From: Candidatus Versatilivorator sp.
GTDB lineage: Bacteria > Acidobacteriota > Terriglobia > Versatilivoradales > Versatilivoraceae
Length of the DNA: 64,000 bases
Direction: 5' to 3'
NCBI GenBank assembly: GCA_965207735.1
Contig: OZ242296.1
Coordinates: forward strand, 2,656,001-2,720,000
In this document: positions 27,748-37,404 of the stretch, piece after piece
Layout: each line of letters starts with the position of its first letter
Position numbering within the stretch: position 1 is the stretch's first letter
Position numbers and translations under genes: made by a program
The notes under the pieces: generated by a model
The model's input: the letters and a program-made list of their open reading frames with translations, nothing else
Told to the model about the DNA's origin: nothing
The model's database searches: none

Positions 27748-27805
27748 GAATAAACCAACTACCCATGCTTGACCTTGAGCCGGTCTCCAACCACCCGGCG
27801 CAAGG

Positions 27806-28377
27806 GGTTGTTTCAGGCAAGCGAGGCCCCTGCCCTGCCGTGCAGATCATCCGAGAGTGAAACAATCAGAAATCGACCATCCCTTCGCGATCTTGGTACC
27901 CCGTCGCGGTTAACCTCAACGCCTTAGTGTCCCTTCGTCGTCCTTCGTGGCCCTTCGTGGATAGCTCTTTTTTCTTTTGTCTTTTGTTCTTTTCTTCGGT
28001 TGTTTCAGGCAAGCCGGGCCCCCGCCCTGCCGTGCGGATCATTCGAGAGTGAAACAATCAGAAATCGACCATCCCTTCGCGATCTTGGTACCCCGTCGCG
28101 GCCAACCTCAGCGCCTTAGTGCCCCTTCGTCGTTCTTCGTGCCCCTTCGTGGAAATGTCTTTTTCTTTTGTCTTTTTTCGGTTGTTTCAGGCAAGCCCCG
28201 CCCCTGCCCTGCCGGGCAGATCATTCGAAAGTCAAACAATCAGAAATCGATCAGTCCTTCGCGAACTTGGTACCCCGTCGCGGTTAACCTCAATGCCTTA
28301 GTGGCTCTTCGTCGTTCTTCGTGGCCCTTCGTGGATACCTCTTTTTCTTTTGTCTTTTTTCGTTTGTTTCAGGTAAG
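27806..28377 (+). repeat. Tandem array of three ~182-192-bp units
   Basis: Unit starts (G(G/T)TTGTTTCAGG) at 27806, 27998, 28180 and 28362. Each full unit has CAATCAGAAATCGA, TTGGTACCCCGTCGCGG, GCCTTAGT, CCCTTCGTGG and a pyrimidine tract. Confidence 0.92.
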
Positions 28378-28396
28378 GATCGGAGGGTCGGGAGAC

Positions 28397-29356
28397 TCAG
28401 TTCATGACGTTTCGGGGATTTCCCTGCAGAAACGCCAGTACGTTGTCCACCACGCCCTCGTTGAGAAGCTCCACCCCTTCGGGTGTCATGTCAGCGCAGT
28501 GAGGGGTCAGAACCACCTGCTCACAGGCACGCAGCGGATGACCCGGCGGCAGGGGCTCCACCTGGAACACGTCAATGCCGGCACCTCCCAGGCGCCCCGA
28601 CCCCAAGGCGGTCGCCAGGGCTTTTTCATCCACCAGGGCTCCCCGGCCGACGTTGATCAGGACCGCGTCCGGCTTCATCCGGTTCAACTCGGTCTCGCCG
28701 ATGAGATGCCGGGACTGTTCGGTCAGCTTGAGATGGAGGCTGACCACGTCGGAGCGGCGCAGCAACTCTTCCAGCCCCACAAAAGTGACGCCCAACCGAG
28801 CGGCTCTCTCAGCCGAAGGATTAAAGGTCCAGGCGATGACCTTCATGCCGAGGGCGCGCCCCAACCGGGCCATCTCGGCGCCGATGTTGCCCGTCCCCAC
28901 CACTCCCAGGGTCTTTCCCTGCAGAAAAAGACTGTCGACACGAACCCAATCGCCCGCACGAATCAAGGCTGTCTGGTATGCGGCCCGCTTGGCGACCGCA
29001 AACATCAGCCCGAAGGCGTGCTCGGCCACGATGGGCGCGGTCTTGCCCGGCACGTTGCAAACGGTGATTCCCTGAGCCCTGGCGGCCTCGACATCGATGG
29101 CGTCGACACCGATCCCGCAGACGGTGATCATCTTGAGGTCGGGCAGTTCCTTCAAGACGTCGGCAGGCCATTTGACCGAGTTGCGGGAGTTGATCAGCAC
29201 GTCGGCCTGCCCGGCTCGGCCTATCTTCTCCCCGCGCGTCTCGGGGCGCGTGGGATAGAGAACCACCTCCGCCAGGGACCGGAGCCGTTCCAGTTGCGGC
29301 GAACCCTGGCATTGGGGAGGATCGTCTCCAGGAATGACGACGACCGGTTTGGCCAT
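28397..29356 (-). CDS. D-2-hydroxyacid/phosphoglycerate dehydrogenase family protein
   Basis: 'GVVGTGNIG', 'INVGRGALVDE', 'IDVFQVEP', 'LTPHCA'; likely start MAKPVV at 29356. Confidence 0.92.
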   Translation of the reverse strand: MAKPVVVIPGDDPPQCQGSPQLERLRSLAEVVLYPTRPETRGEKIGRAGQADVLINSRNSVKWPADVLKELPDLKMITVCGIGVDAIDVEAARAQGITVCNVPGKTAPIVAEHAFGLMFAVAKRAAYQTALIRAGDWVRVDSLFLQGKTLGVVGTGNIGAEMARLGRALGMKVIAWTFNPSAERAARLGVTFVGLEELLRRSDVVSLHLKLTEQSRHLIGETELNRMKPDAVLINVGRGALVDEKALATALGSGRLGGAGIDVFQVEPLPPGHPLRACEQVVLTPHCADMTPEGVELLNEGVVDNVLAFLQGNPRNVMN

Positions 29357-29442
29357 ATTGGATCCTTTCGGAAACGGGTTGCGGGCTGAGGACAAGCAGC
29401 GGCCGGGGTCGACCCCTCACGACCGTCCGCCGGATACCGTCG

Positions 29443-31164
29443 TCAGTTGGTGGCGGGCGCCTCCAGCGCCACCAGGGTCTTGCTGGACATCTCGCCGGCG
29501 GAAAGGTCGATCGAGGTGGAATCGCCTTCCAGAAAACTCAGGTATTCCGGCTCGCTCTCGCGGCCGGGCTCATGTTCGGCCAGGGCGCACACCAGGTATT
29601 CGGCAGGTGGCAGGCCCTCCAGAGAATATCTTCCAGTCTGGTCGGTTTGAGTTGTCCTGGTAAAGCGCGAAAAGCTTCCCCTCTGTTGGGGATCGGCGGA
29701 AAAGACCAGGACGGTGGCTCCATCGATCGCCTTCCCGTCCTCCTCGCTTTGCACCACGCCGCTGATTCGAGATCCATGGGGGGAAACCCGGACCTCCACA
29801 CCCGACAATTGGTCATGGTCGTTCATCTCTATCAGCCGGTCGATAATGTCCTGTCCCTGGGCGCGGATGGACTCGACGTAGTGATTGCCGGGAGGAAGGT
29901 TGACAGACAAGCGATAGAGTCCTCCGGGAAGATTTGAGATCCTGAAGCTGAAGTCCTCCTCGATCGGGCGCCCCCCTCCACCAAACCTGCGTCCTCTGCC
30001 ACCGCCTTCAGCCGGCCTGGTAACCACCGAAACACGCCGCCAATTCAGGGCCGGCTCCTCGTTCTCGGATACAATTCTGCCGGTGATGGAGGCACCCGAC
30101 CCCAAAGCCAGCGTCAACCCCTGGATGTCCCGGTCAATCACCTCCACCGCCGCGCTGGCAATCTGCGGTTCCTGTCCACGTCCCCTGCGGGCGATCAGAC
30201 GATACCTGCCCGGCAGCAGACCGGCCACCTTGAATGTTCCCTGAAGGTCCGTGGTGGCGCCTCCCCTCAGGGAAACCTGCCCCGGGGAGGACCGGTTGAC
30301 CGTCATGATTCGAACCGACTGAGCCGGACTTCCCTCCTCCGCCAGCACCCGCCCGCTGACACTGTAGGTGTGGGACTCGATCAGGGTGAGATGAAAACCG
30401 CCCACTTCCCCACCCGCGCTCACCTCAATCCTGGTGGCCTGCTCGGGACTCGGAACTCCCGGATAGTAGGTGGGAGGAAAGGACTGCCCCCGGCGGCCCC
30501 TCCCCCTCCCCCCAAATAAACGAAAGCCGCCCTGGGTCGCGCTCAGGAAATAACTTCCCGGCGGGATATCGAAAAGTCGAAACTGACCGCGGTCATCGGT
30601 CTGGGCGCGAGCCACCGGAACCAGAGTGCGCTCGCCTTGCACGGTCTGGTATCCGCTCATGGTGACGATGACTCTCGAAAGAGGCTCGTAGTCCTGATCG
30701 GCCACCCGTCCCTCCACGACGCCCCCTCGAATCAGCTTGAAGTCGATCCCGTTCAATACCTGCCCATTTCCCAGTGTCAGGGGAGTGCCACCCCGCTGCC
30801 CTCTGAATGCCTGGATTCTCTTCTGGCCGTAATTCTGCGGGAGAAAGCCGTTCCGCATCACGCTCAGCAGGTATTTGCCCGCTTCGAGGTCCGTGAATTC
30901 GTATTGGCCGCGATCATCGGAGCGGGCGGTTCGCTCGCTGTCGCCGCCACGGCTGCCCGACTTCTGCAGCGACACCGTGGCCTTGGCCAGCGGACTTTCG
31001 CCGTCAGCAGCCAAGACCGTTCCCTGGATCACTCCACGCTCGCGCCCTTCCCGGTCTTGATCGGAACTCCTCGGAAACTGACCTCGGAATTGTCCCCTTG
31101 CATCAATCACGCCAACCAACAGACAGACAACCACAGTCGGAAACAGGAATCGGGTTCTCATCAC
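29443..31164 (-). CDS. Exported carboxypeptidase-regulatory-like (repeated Cna/prealbumin-fold) protein
   Basis: Signal peptide; repeated 'G.V...G.P...A.V', 'TDD.GQF....L.PG.Y'; 'PTYYPG'. Confidence 0.85.
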   Translation of the reverse strand: MMRTRFLFPTVVVCLLVGVIDARGQFRGQFPRSSDQDREGRERGVIQGTVLAADGESPLAKATVSLQKSGSRGGDSERTARSDDRGQYEFTDLEAGKYLLSVMRNGFLPQNYGQKRIQAFRGQRGGTPLTLGNGQVLNGIDFKLIRGGVVEGRVADQDYEPLSRVIVTMSGYQTVQGERTLVPVARAQTDDRGQFRLFDIPPGSYFLSATQGGFRLFGGRGRGRRGQSFPPTYYPGVPSPEQATRIEVSAGGEVGGFHLTLIESHTYSVSGRVLAEEGSPAQSVRIMTVNRSSPGQVSLRGGATTDLQGTFKVAGLLPGRYRLIARRGRGQEPQIASAAVEVIDRDIQGLTLALGSGASITGRIVSENEEPALNWRRVSVVTRPAEGGGRGRRFGGGGRPIEEDFSFRISNLPGGLYRLSVNLPPGNHYVESIRAQGQDIIDRLIEMNDHDQLSGVEVRVSPHGSRISGVVQSEEDGKAIDGATVLVFSADPQQRGSFSRFTRTTQTDQTGRYSLEGLPPAEYLVCALAEHEPGRESEPEYLSFLEGDSTSIDLSAGEMSSKTLVALEAPATN

Positions 31165-31417
31165 TTACTCACACGATCAACCACTCAGATTTTTCGGATG
31201 GAAACATTATGCGGCAGAATGCTGGTGGATTCCATATCTCCATTGGCCGGTTCGCAGCCCGTCGGCTCCTGCTTGTATTCGAAGCAGGGTTCGACAAGCG
31301 CGGGGTCGGTCATCCCCTCAGTCCGGCCAGTTGGACAGCCATTTTCTCACTTGGACAATTTGCCCGACAAACAGAAAACGCCGCCGAATGGACTCGTCGC
31401 TCCGAGGCTCGAATCAC

Positions 31418-33356
31418 TTAACCCGAAGTTCCTCCCATTTTACACCCAAAAAATCGCCTTAAGCCATTTGTTTTCTTGGGGAAGAGGATTGAGGCGTGTG
31501 GAGTGTTGTTCCCATGTATATGATTAGCATTTATCTTGACATGATAGTTGTATGTGATATCGTAGTCCCATGTACGTCGAAACCGTCCCCAACCGCAACT
31601 CTCCCCCTGCCATCCTCCTGCGCGAAGGCCGCCGTGAGGGTAAAAAGGTCCATAAACGCACCCTGGCCAATCTCTCCCATTGGCCCAAGGACAAGATCGA
31701 GCGCCTCCGGCGCGTGCTCAAGAACGAACCCCTGGTCCATCCCGACCAACTCTTCGCCATCGAACGCTCCCTGCCTCATGGCCACGTCGAGTTGCTGCTG
31801 GAAGTGGTGCGGCAGCTGAAGCTGCCGGCGCTGATCGATTCCCGACCCTCTCCCCAACGGGACCGGGTCTTGGCCATGATCCTGCAGCGTCTGCTCTATC
31901 CGGCCTCCAAGCTGGCCACCACCCGTCTTTGGCACACCACCACGTTGGGTGAGGAACTGTCCCTTGAGGACACCGACGAGGACGATCTCTATGAGGCCAT
32001 GGACTGGTTGCTGGAGCGTCAGGACCGGATTGAGCGCAAGCTGGCCAAGCGGCACCTGGCGGAAGGGGATGCGGTGCTCTATGACGTCAGCAGCAGTTAC
32101 TACGAAGGCCAGACCTGCTCGCTGATGCAGTTCGGCCACAACCGGGACGGCAGGCGGGACCGGCCCATGGTGGTCTACGGGGTGCTGGCCGACCAGATGG
32201 GGCGGCCGCTGTCGGTGCAGGCCTATGCCGGCAACACGGGGGATCCGACCACGGTGGGGGATCAGGTGGAGAAGGTGCGGGGTCGGTTTGGTCTGGAGCG
32301 GGTGGTGCTGGTGGGGGACCGCGGGCTGCTGACCGAGACGCAGATCAGCCATCTGAAGCGTCATCCGGGAGTGGGGTGGGTCTCAGCCCTGCGCCACCAC
32401 CAGATACGCCGTCTGGTGGAGAGCGAGGCGGTTCAGCTCTCCCTGTTCGACGAGCGTCATCTGGCCGAAGTCCGCAGCCCGGACTATCCGGGCGAGAGGC
32501 TCATCGTCTGCCACAACCCGCTGCTGGCCGAGCATCGGCGGCGGAAGCGGGAGGCTTTGCTGACAGCCACCGAGGAGGCGCTGGCCGGAATCGCCCGCCA
32601 GGTGGCCAGACGGACCCGCACGCCCTTGTCGGCGACCGAGATCGCCGAGAAAGTCGGCCGGGTCAAGAACCGCTTCCAGGTGGCCAAACACTTCCGGACC
32701 CAGATCGCAGACGGGTCCTTCCACTATGAACGGCGCACCGACGCCATCATCCGGGAGGCGCAACTGGACGGGTTCTACATGCTGAGGACCAGCGAGCCAG
32801 CCGATCGCCTGCCAACAGCCGCGGTGGTGCGCCGCTACAAGGACCTGACGCGGGTGGAGCGGGCCTTCCGCTCCCTCAAGACCGTCGACCTGCACATCCG
32901 CCCCATCCGTCATCGGGTGGAGAGCCGGGTGCGGGCTCATCTGTTCCTGTGCCTGCTGGCCTATTACGTTCAGTGGCATCTGCGGCTGGCCCTGGCTCCG
33001 TTGCTGTTCGATGACGAGGAGTTGGAAGCGGAACGGGCACGGCGAGACCCGGTGCTGGCGGCCCAGCCGTCGGACTCCGCCAAACGGAAGAAGAGCAAAC
33101 GCCTCACCGAGGACGGCTTGCCGCTGCAGAGCCTGGAGACGTTGATGGCGCAGATGGCGACGCGGGCCCGCCACCAGTGCCGATTGCCCTCCGAACCCGA
33201 TGGTCCGCGAGTCCAGCGATTGACCGAGCCGACCCCGCTACAGCAAAGGGCCTTCGAGCTCATCAGGATGTTCCCAGGCAAGACAACCTGAGATTCCTGA
33301 TTGATGATTGAAGATAAAGGAGTTATCTTGTCGGTGGGTCAGGAACTTCGGCTTAA
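31418..33356 (+). mobile_element. IS1634-family insertion sequence
   Basis: Terminal inverted repeats TTAACCCGAAGTTCCT (31418-31433) and AGGAACTTCGGCTTAA (33341-33356), 15/16 complementary, enclose the transposase. Confidence 0.85.
31570..33291 (+). CDS. IS1634-family DDE transposase
   Basis: 573 aa; 'MYVETVPNRNSPPAILLRE', 'LYDVSSSYYEG', 'VGDRG', 'VERAFRSLK', 'RVRAHLFLCLLAY'. Confidence 0.92.
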   Translation: MYVETVPNRNSPPAILLREGRREGKKVHKRTLANLSHWPKDKIERLRRVLKNEPLVHPDQLFAIERSLPHGHVELLLEVVRQLKLPALIDSRPSPQRDRVLAMILQRLLYPASKLATTRLWHTTTLGEELSLEDTDEDDLYEAMDWLLERQDRIERKLAKRHLAEGDAVLYDVSSSYYEGQTCSLMQFGHNRDGRRDRPMVVYGVLADQMGRPLSVQAYAGNTGDPTTVGDQVEKVRGRFGLERVVLVGDRGLLTETQISHLKRHPGVGWVSALRHHQIRRLVESEAVQLSLFDERHLAEVRSPDYPGERLIVCHNPLLAEHRRRKREALLTATEEALAGIARQVARRTRTPLSATEIAEKVGRVKNRFQVAKHFRTQIADGSFHYERRTDAIIREAQLDGFYMLRTSEPADRLPTAAVVRRYKDLTRVERAFRSLKTVDLHIRPIRHRVESRVRAHLFLCLLAYYVQWHLRLALAPLLFDDEELEAERARRDPVLAAQPSDSAKRKKSKRLTEDGLPLQSLETLMAQMATRARHQCRLPSEPDGPRVQRLTEPTPLQQRAFELIRMFPGKTT

Positions 33357-33442
33357 CGACCCCTCACCAACTACTGGTTTCAAAAAAAAATCAGTGGTGA
33401 GGCGTTTTCAAAATTCGGTAGCGGGTTCATTACCGGGAATGG

Positions 33443-33515
33443 CCACAAAAGGCACAAAAAAAAAGAGCGGAACGATATCAGAAAATTCGTTTTGTGACTC
33501 TTGTGCTTTTTGTGG
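33443..33515. repeat. CCACAAAA-type inverted-repeat element (second copy 42873-42942)
   Basis: CCACAAAAGGCACAA ... TTGTGCTTTTTGTGG; the same arms occur at 42873-42889 and 42926-42942. Confidence 0.75.
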
Positions 33516-33720
33516 TGAACCCGCATTTCTCACCAAGTTGCACCCGATATTGAAAAAGGCACAACATCACATTCGCCGGCAAGATGACCTGCCCGCTGCG
33601 AATATTGCAAAAGGCTCTCGTGTTTTGGACACTGGGAACAGCGGGTTGGCGACCGGCACGCTTGCCGCAGGGCGGCTGGTAGTGAGGATAGGGAGGGGGG
33701 TGAAATCCGGGAGAGGAAAG

Positions 33721-34806
33721 TCAGTCGGGTCGGCCGTTGAGCCATTGATACAGGGCCATCTCGGCCACAAACCCCGGACCGAAGGCAACCATGAGACCCA
33801 GGTCACCCACTTGAGGAGCCGAACGGTTCTGGATCTCCTGCATCACGGCCAGCACGGTGACGCTGCTCATGTTTCCCTTACTGAACAGAACATTGAGCGT
33901 GGGCTCGATGTCCTCACGGCTCAGGCCCAGTTGATTACCGATAATCTCTACGATTCGAACGCTGCCGGGGTGCATGACGAAGTGGTCCAGAGATTCCGCG
34001 GGGACCCGGCATTCTTGCAGAAAACCTTCCAGGGTCGGCTTGATCCGATTCTTGATGAAGGAAGGGATTTCCGGGGACAGAATAATTCTCAATCCCTCGT
34101 TGCGGAGCTCAAAGCCCATGTAATCCAGCGTGCCGGGAAAGAACCGGGTGGTGCAGCGCTGCATGGCCGGTAGAGGCTCGGGGCTGTTGAGCTTGCCGGA
34201 AATGACGGTGGCTGCCACGCCATCGCCAAACAGTGTCGAGCACACGATGTTGGTCATGCTCAAATCATTCAGCAGAAATGTCTGGGAGCAAAACTCATGG
34301 GCCAGCAGCACCACCGTTCGTTCCGGATAGGCACGACAGTACTCCCAGGCCCGCATCAGTCCGACCGCGCCACCGGCACAGCCATGCTCGGTAAGAATCA
34401 TGCGAGAGGCGTTGATTCCCAACTTGTTCATGATGTGGGCGTCGACGCCGGGAATCACAAAACCGGTGCAGGATACGCTGATGAACATGTCGACATCGGA
34501 AGGATGGATTCGGTTCAGCTCAAGGGTTTGCTGAACGGCCTCGGTCCCCAGTTGAATGGAGGCCTCGACATATTGGTTGTTGGTGGTATGGAAGTCTCTG
34601 GTCTGGAGGACCTCGTCCGGCGGAAGGAGGATATATCGGGATTCGATCTGGGTTTTGGCCAGGACGGACTCCAGCTTGGCAATCAGCTGGTCGCTTGTCC
34701 CGCGATCCTCCAACCATCGCCGCAGGTAGGCTCGACTGACGTCCGCACTGACCTTGTGGGGAGGATGGGTTACAGCAACCTTGCCCGTCTGGACATGACT
34801 TAGCAA
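33721..34806 (-). CDS. Type III polyketide synthase (chalcone/stilbene synthase-like)
   Basis: Catalytic Cys 'HGCAGG', His 'HPGS', Asn 'GNMSS', plus 'LFGDG', 'AFGPG', 'VSCTG'. Likely TTG start at 34806, 7 nt after GAGGA. Confidence 0.92.
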   Translation of the reverse strand: MLSHVQTGKVAVTHPPHKVSADVSRAYLRRWLEDRGTSDQLIAKLESVLAKTQIESRYILLPPDEVLQTRDFHTTNNQYVEASIQLGTEAVQQTLELNRIHPSDVDMFISVSCTGFVIPGVDAHIMNKLGINASRMILTEHGCAGGAVGLMRAWEYCRAYPERTVVLLAHEFCSQTFLLNDLSMTNIVCSTLFGDGVAATVISGKLNSPEPLPAMQRCTTRFFPGTLDYMGFELRNEGLRIILSPEIPSFIKNRIKPTLEGFLQECRVPAESLDHFVMHPGSVRIVEIIGNQLGLSREDIEPTLNVLFSKGNMSSVTVLAVMQEIQNRSAPQVGDLGLMVAFGPGFVAEMALYQWLNGRPD

Positions 34807-35073
34807 CGCGCGGTCCTCTATTCGTTCACGGGAATTCCCGGGTCGCCAGTATGGGGCTCGACGGTGTTGCTGTCGGAGGGAAACTCCAGGGTTCTCTTGT
34901 CGAATCGCCCGAACACTATACCCGCATTGCCAACCATTGACAAAAGGTATTTGTCCCGAGACGGCTGGCCCTTTCCCCACTTCTCGCCTGGGGCCGGGCC
35001 CAGGCGATTCCCGCCGGCAGTGTGGCCGGGTGCCGCATCGCAGGGAAACTGAGCGATAACCCAAGGGAGAGAA

Positions 35074-35325
35074 TGCGGGCGGGACGCCCGCGCTCCCGGG
35101 TGGTGTCGTCTCGATGGTGCAGTGGGGGCATCCGGTGGGCAAATTCTCTGAAAGCCGACCGGCGCCTTTTGGGAAACTCCCGTTTGTCCGCGAGCCCTGC
35201 CCCCGCCCTGCCGGGCGGATTATACGAGAGCAATACAATCGGACAATCGGAAATCGATATTCCTTTCGCGACCTTGGTATCCCGTCGCGGTTAACCTCAG
35301 CGCCTTAGTGGCCCTTCGTGGATTT
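35074..35325. repeat. REP-like module fused to a 182-bp-family unit
   Basis: GCGGGCGGGACGCCCGCGCTCCCGGG...GGGAAACTCCCGTTTGTCCGCGAGCCC followed by ...TTGGTATCCCGTCGCGGTTAACCTCAGCGCCTTAGTGGCCCTTCGTGG; inverted counterpart of ~13540-13792. Confidence 0.85.
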
Positions 35326-36288
35326 CTTTCTTGGGGGCCGAGGTTGCCCGGCTGTTGCATAGTAGCCGCTTCGAGCTCTCACCTGGGCTCCGGAAAGGTC
35401 CACCTCTATCCGAATCCTGCGGAATTTATCGGGCTCTCGCTTGTGCCGGGGGTAATACCCCAGCAGGTATTGGGTCCGCAACTCATTTCCAATCCGGGCA
35501 AAGGATTCCCGCAAAGCATCAGCAGAGGTCACTGAAAAAGTCCTTCCACCGGTTTGCCGAGTCAAGTAGATCATACTGCGCTCCCCGGCCAGATTCCGGC
35601 CGGCTTCGCTCTTGATGGGCTGCACCAGCAAGACATAGACGACAGCTTCTGAAGCCAGCACCTGTCGCAGGCATTCTTCCATGGGAATCTTGCTGGTGGT
35701 ATCCGTACCATCCGAGATAATCAGAATTACCCTGCGCCCTCGAGACGACGACAGTGCTTGCGAGGCCAGATAGACAGCGTCGTACAGCGAGGTTCCACCT
35801 CCCGGGCGGATGGAGCGGAGTGCCTTGGCCATGGCCTTGGGACGGGAGGTCTCCCCCACCAGCTCAACCACGTCTTCGGACACCTGCAGAATCGATACTC
35901 GATCCACAGGGCTCACCACCACCCGCAAAAAGTCCATGGCCGCTTCCTGTTGAGATCCCAGCTCGGTGGTGATACTCAGGGAGCTGTCGAATAGCAGTTG
36001 AAGCTTCAGGGCTCGCTCGGACTCCCTGGCGAAGAGAGCGATCTCCTGTGGGATTCCGTTTTCGAAGAGGCGAAAGTCATTCCGGGTGAGCCCCGTGGCC
36101 AAGGCGCCCTCAGCCGTCGTCACCGAGGCCAGCACGCTGACCAGGTCGACGTCGACAACCAGCTTATAGTCCCGATCCGGGGACGCTTGGGAGGGTGCCG
36201 GCAACACACTCGGACCATATAGGCAGAGGGCCGTCCCAAACAGGAAGGGTGGCAGCCTCGAACTCCAAGAGGGAATGGTGAGGGGCAT
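35305..36288 (-). CDS. VWA-domain protein (Acidobacteria-type VWFA-related)
   Basis: 'VDVDLV.V..SVT', MIDAS 'DSSLS', 'GTSLYDAV', 'ISDGTDT', 'ELRTQYLLGYYP', 'ARSGYY'. Confidence 0.9.
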   Translation of the reverse strand: MPLTIPSWSSRLPPFLFGTALCLYGPSVLPAPSQASPDRDYKLVVDVDLVSVLASVTTAEGALATGLTRNDFRLFENGIPQEIALFARESERALKLQLLFDSSLSITTELGSQQEAAMDFLRVVVSPVDRVSILQVSEDVVELVGETSRPKAMAKALRSIRPGGGTSLYDAVYLASQALSSSRGRRVILIISDGTDTTSKIPMEECLRQVLASEAVVYVLLVQPIKSEAGRNLAGERSMIYLTRQTGGRTFSVTSADALRESFARIGNELRTQYLLGYYPRHKREPDKFRRIRIEVDLSGAQVRARSGYYATAGQPRPPRKKSTKGH

Positions 36289-36386
36289 GGTCGACGACCG
36301 GGCGTTTCTTCATGACTGAGATGAAGCGCCAGGTGGCCGGGTTGTAGCCGGAATTATGATTCCAGCGACTTGGGTAGAAATGCGGG

Positions 36387-37115
36387 CTAGGGTGATGCCG
36401 GACCGCCCTCAGTCGCATGGGATTCGCCTTCCACCCAGACTTCGCCGTCTTCGAAGAACTCCTTCTTCCAGATGGGAACCGTCTGCTTCAACCGGTCGAT
36501 GGCGTACCGGCAGGACTCGAAGGCAATCCCCCGATGGGGTGAAGTGATGACAATGGCGACACTCACTTCTCCAATCTCCAACCGTCCCAGCCGATGGACC
36601 ATCCCCACCTGTCCAATTTGCCAGCGCTGCCTGACCGACTCGCCGATCTCGCGCATCTTGCGAAGGGCCATGGGCTCATAGGCTTCGTAGAACAAGTGAG
36701 TGGTTCTGCGCCCGCGGGTGTTGTTGCGGACGATCCCGAAAAAGGTTACTGCGGCCCCATCCTGGTCGCGAGTGAGCTGTGATACCAGCCCCTTGGTTCG
36801 AATGCTCTCCCGGACGATCTGGCAGATGTCTCCCGCCGCATCGACGGGATAGTCGGCTTCCGGTGGCGATTGGCCACCACTGACGGGTGGAAACAGGGCC
36901 AACTCATCCCCTTCCGCGACTGGTGTGTTCCAGTCTGCAAATTCCTGATTCACCGCCACCAGGAGGCTGCGGCTGAAGGATTCCAGCTCGGGGTATCGGG
37001 CACTGAGGATTCGATAGGCATCCTCGACCGACTCGATATCGGGGCTGTCCAACTCGATACTCCCCGTGCCCACCAGATCCCTCAGCCGTGCGAACAGGAG
37101 GATTCGAACTTTCAT
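36387..37115 (-). CDS. moaDE: Fused molybdopterin synthase MoaD-MoaE
   Basis: MoaD 'MKVRILLFA...AVNQEF...EGDELALFPPVSGG' in frame with MoaE 'GAAVTFFGIVRN...YEAYEPMA...HRLGRL...VPIWKKE'. Confidence 0.93.
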   Translation of the reverse strand: MKVRILLFARLRDLVGTGSIELDSPDIESVEDAYRILSARYPELESFSRSLLVAVNQEFADWNTPVAEGDELALFPPVSGGQSPPEADYPVDAAGDICQIVRESIRTKGLVSQLTRDQDGAAVTFFGIVRNNTRGRRTTHLFYEAYEPMALRKMREIGESVRQRWQIGQVGMVHRLGRLEIGEVSVAIVITSPHRGIAFESCRYAIDRLKQTVPIWKKEFFEDGEVWVEGESHATEGGPASP

Positions 37116-37249
37116 GGGAACCATTGGAAGGTAAGATCCGGCCTGCCGTCAAGCCAAAATCCACTTGAGCGTGAACACCGAGCGTTATCTGCATTGGCCA
37201 ATAAAGCAGAAGCATAGGGCGCCGCTTGTCGTTGAAGGAGGCCCATCAG

Positions 37250-37357
37250 TCTTCGTGTCTATTCGTGTTCATTCGTGGTTCGTCTTCATTAACGACGGGC
37301 TGTCTTTCCTCTAAATGATCCGCCCGGAAGGGCGGGGGCGAGACTTGCCTGATACAA
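37250..37357 (-). repeat. CACGAAT module plus partial 182-bp-family unit
   Basis: Reverse complement ATGAAGACGAACCACGAATGAACACGAATAGACA matches 6982-7014; 37316-37357 matches the head of the 182-bp unit. Confidence 0.75.
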
Positions 37358-37404
37358 TTGGGTGCACAACCCAGGCAGGATCCTTTCGCCGGTGCCTTTG
37401 CGGC

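Noticed and set aside
27806-28377. Possible CRISPR array
   Set aside because: Units are homologous along their whole ~182 bp with no unique spacers, and no cas genes are nearby.
27977-29389. 470-aa plus-strand ORF and other short ORFs over the repeats (6846-7348, 13568-13923, 34916-35308)
   Set aside because: Translations of non-coding repeats and antisense sequence; frames are not preserved between copies.
34770-35238. Long N-terminal extension, or a 5' frameshift (MSRRARLL*), in the type III PKS
   Set aside because: The extension runs through repeat DNA; an in-frame TTG with an RBS at 34806 gives a normal-length enzyme without invoking a frameshift.
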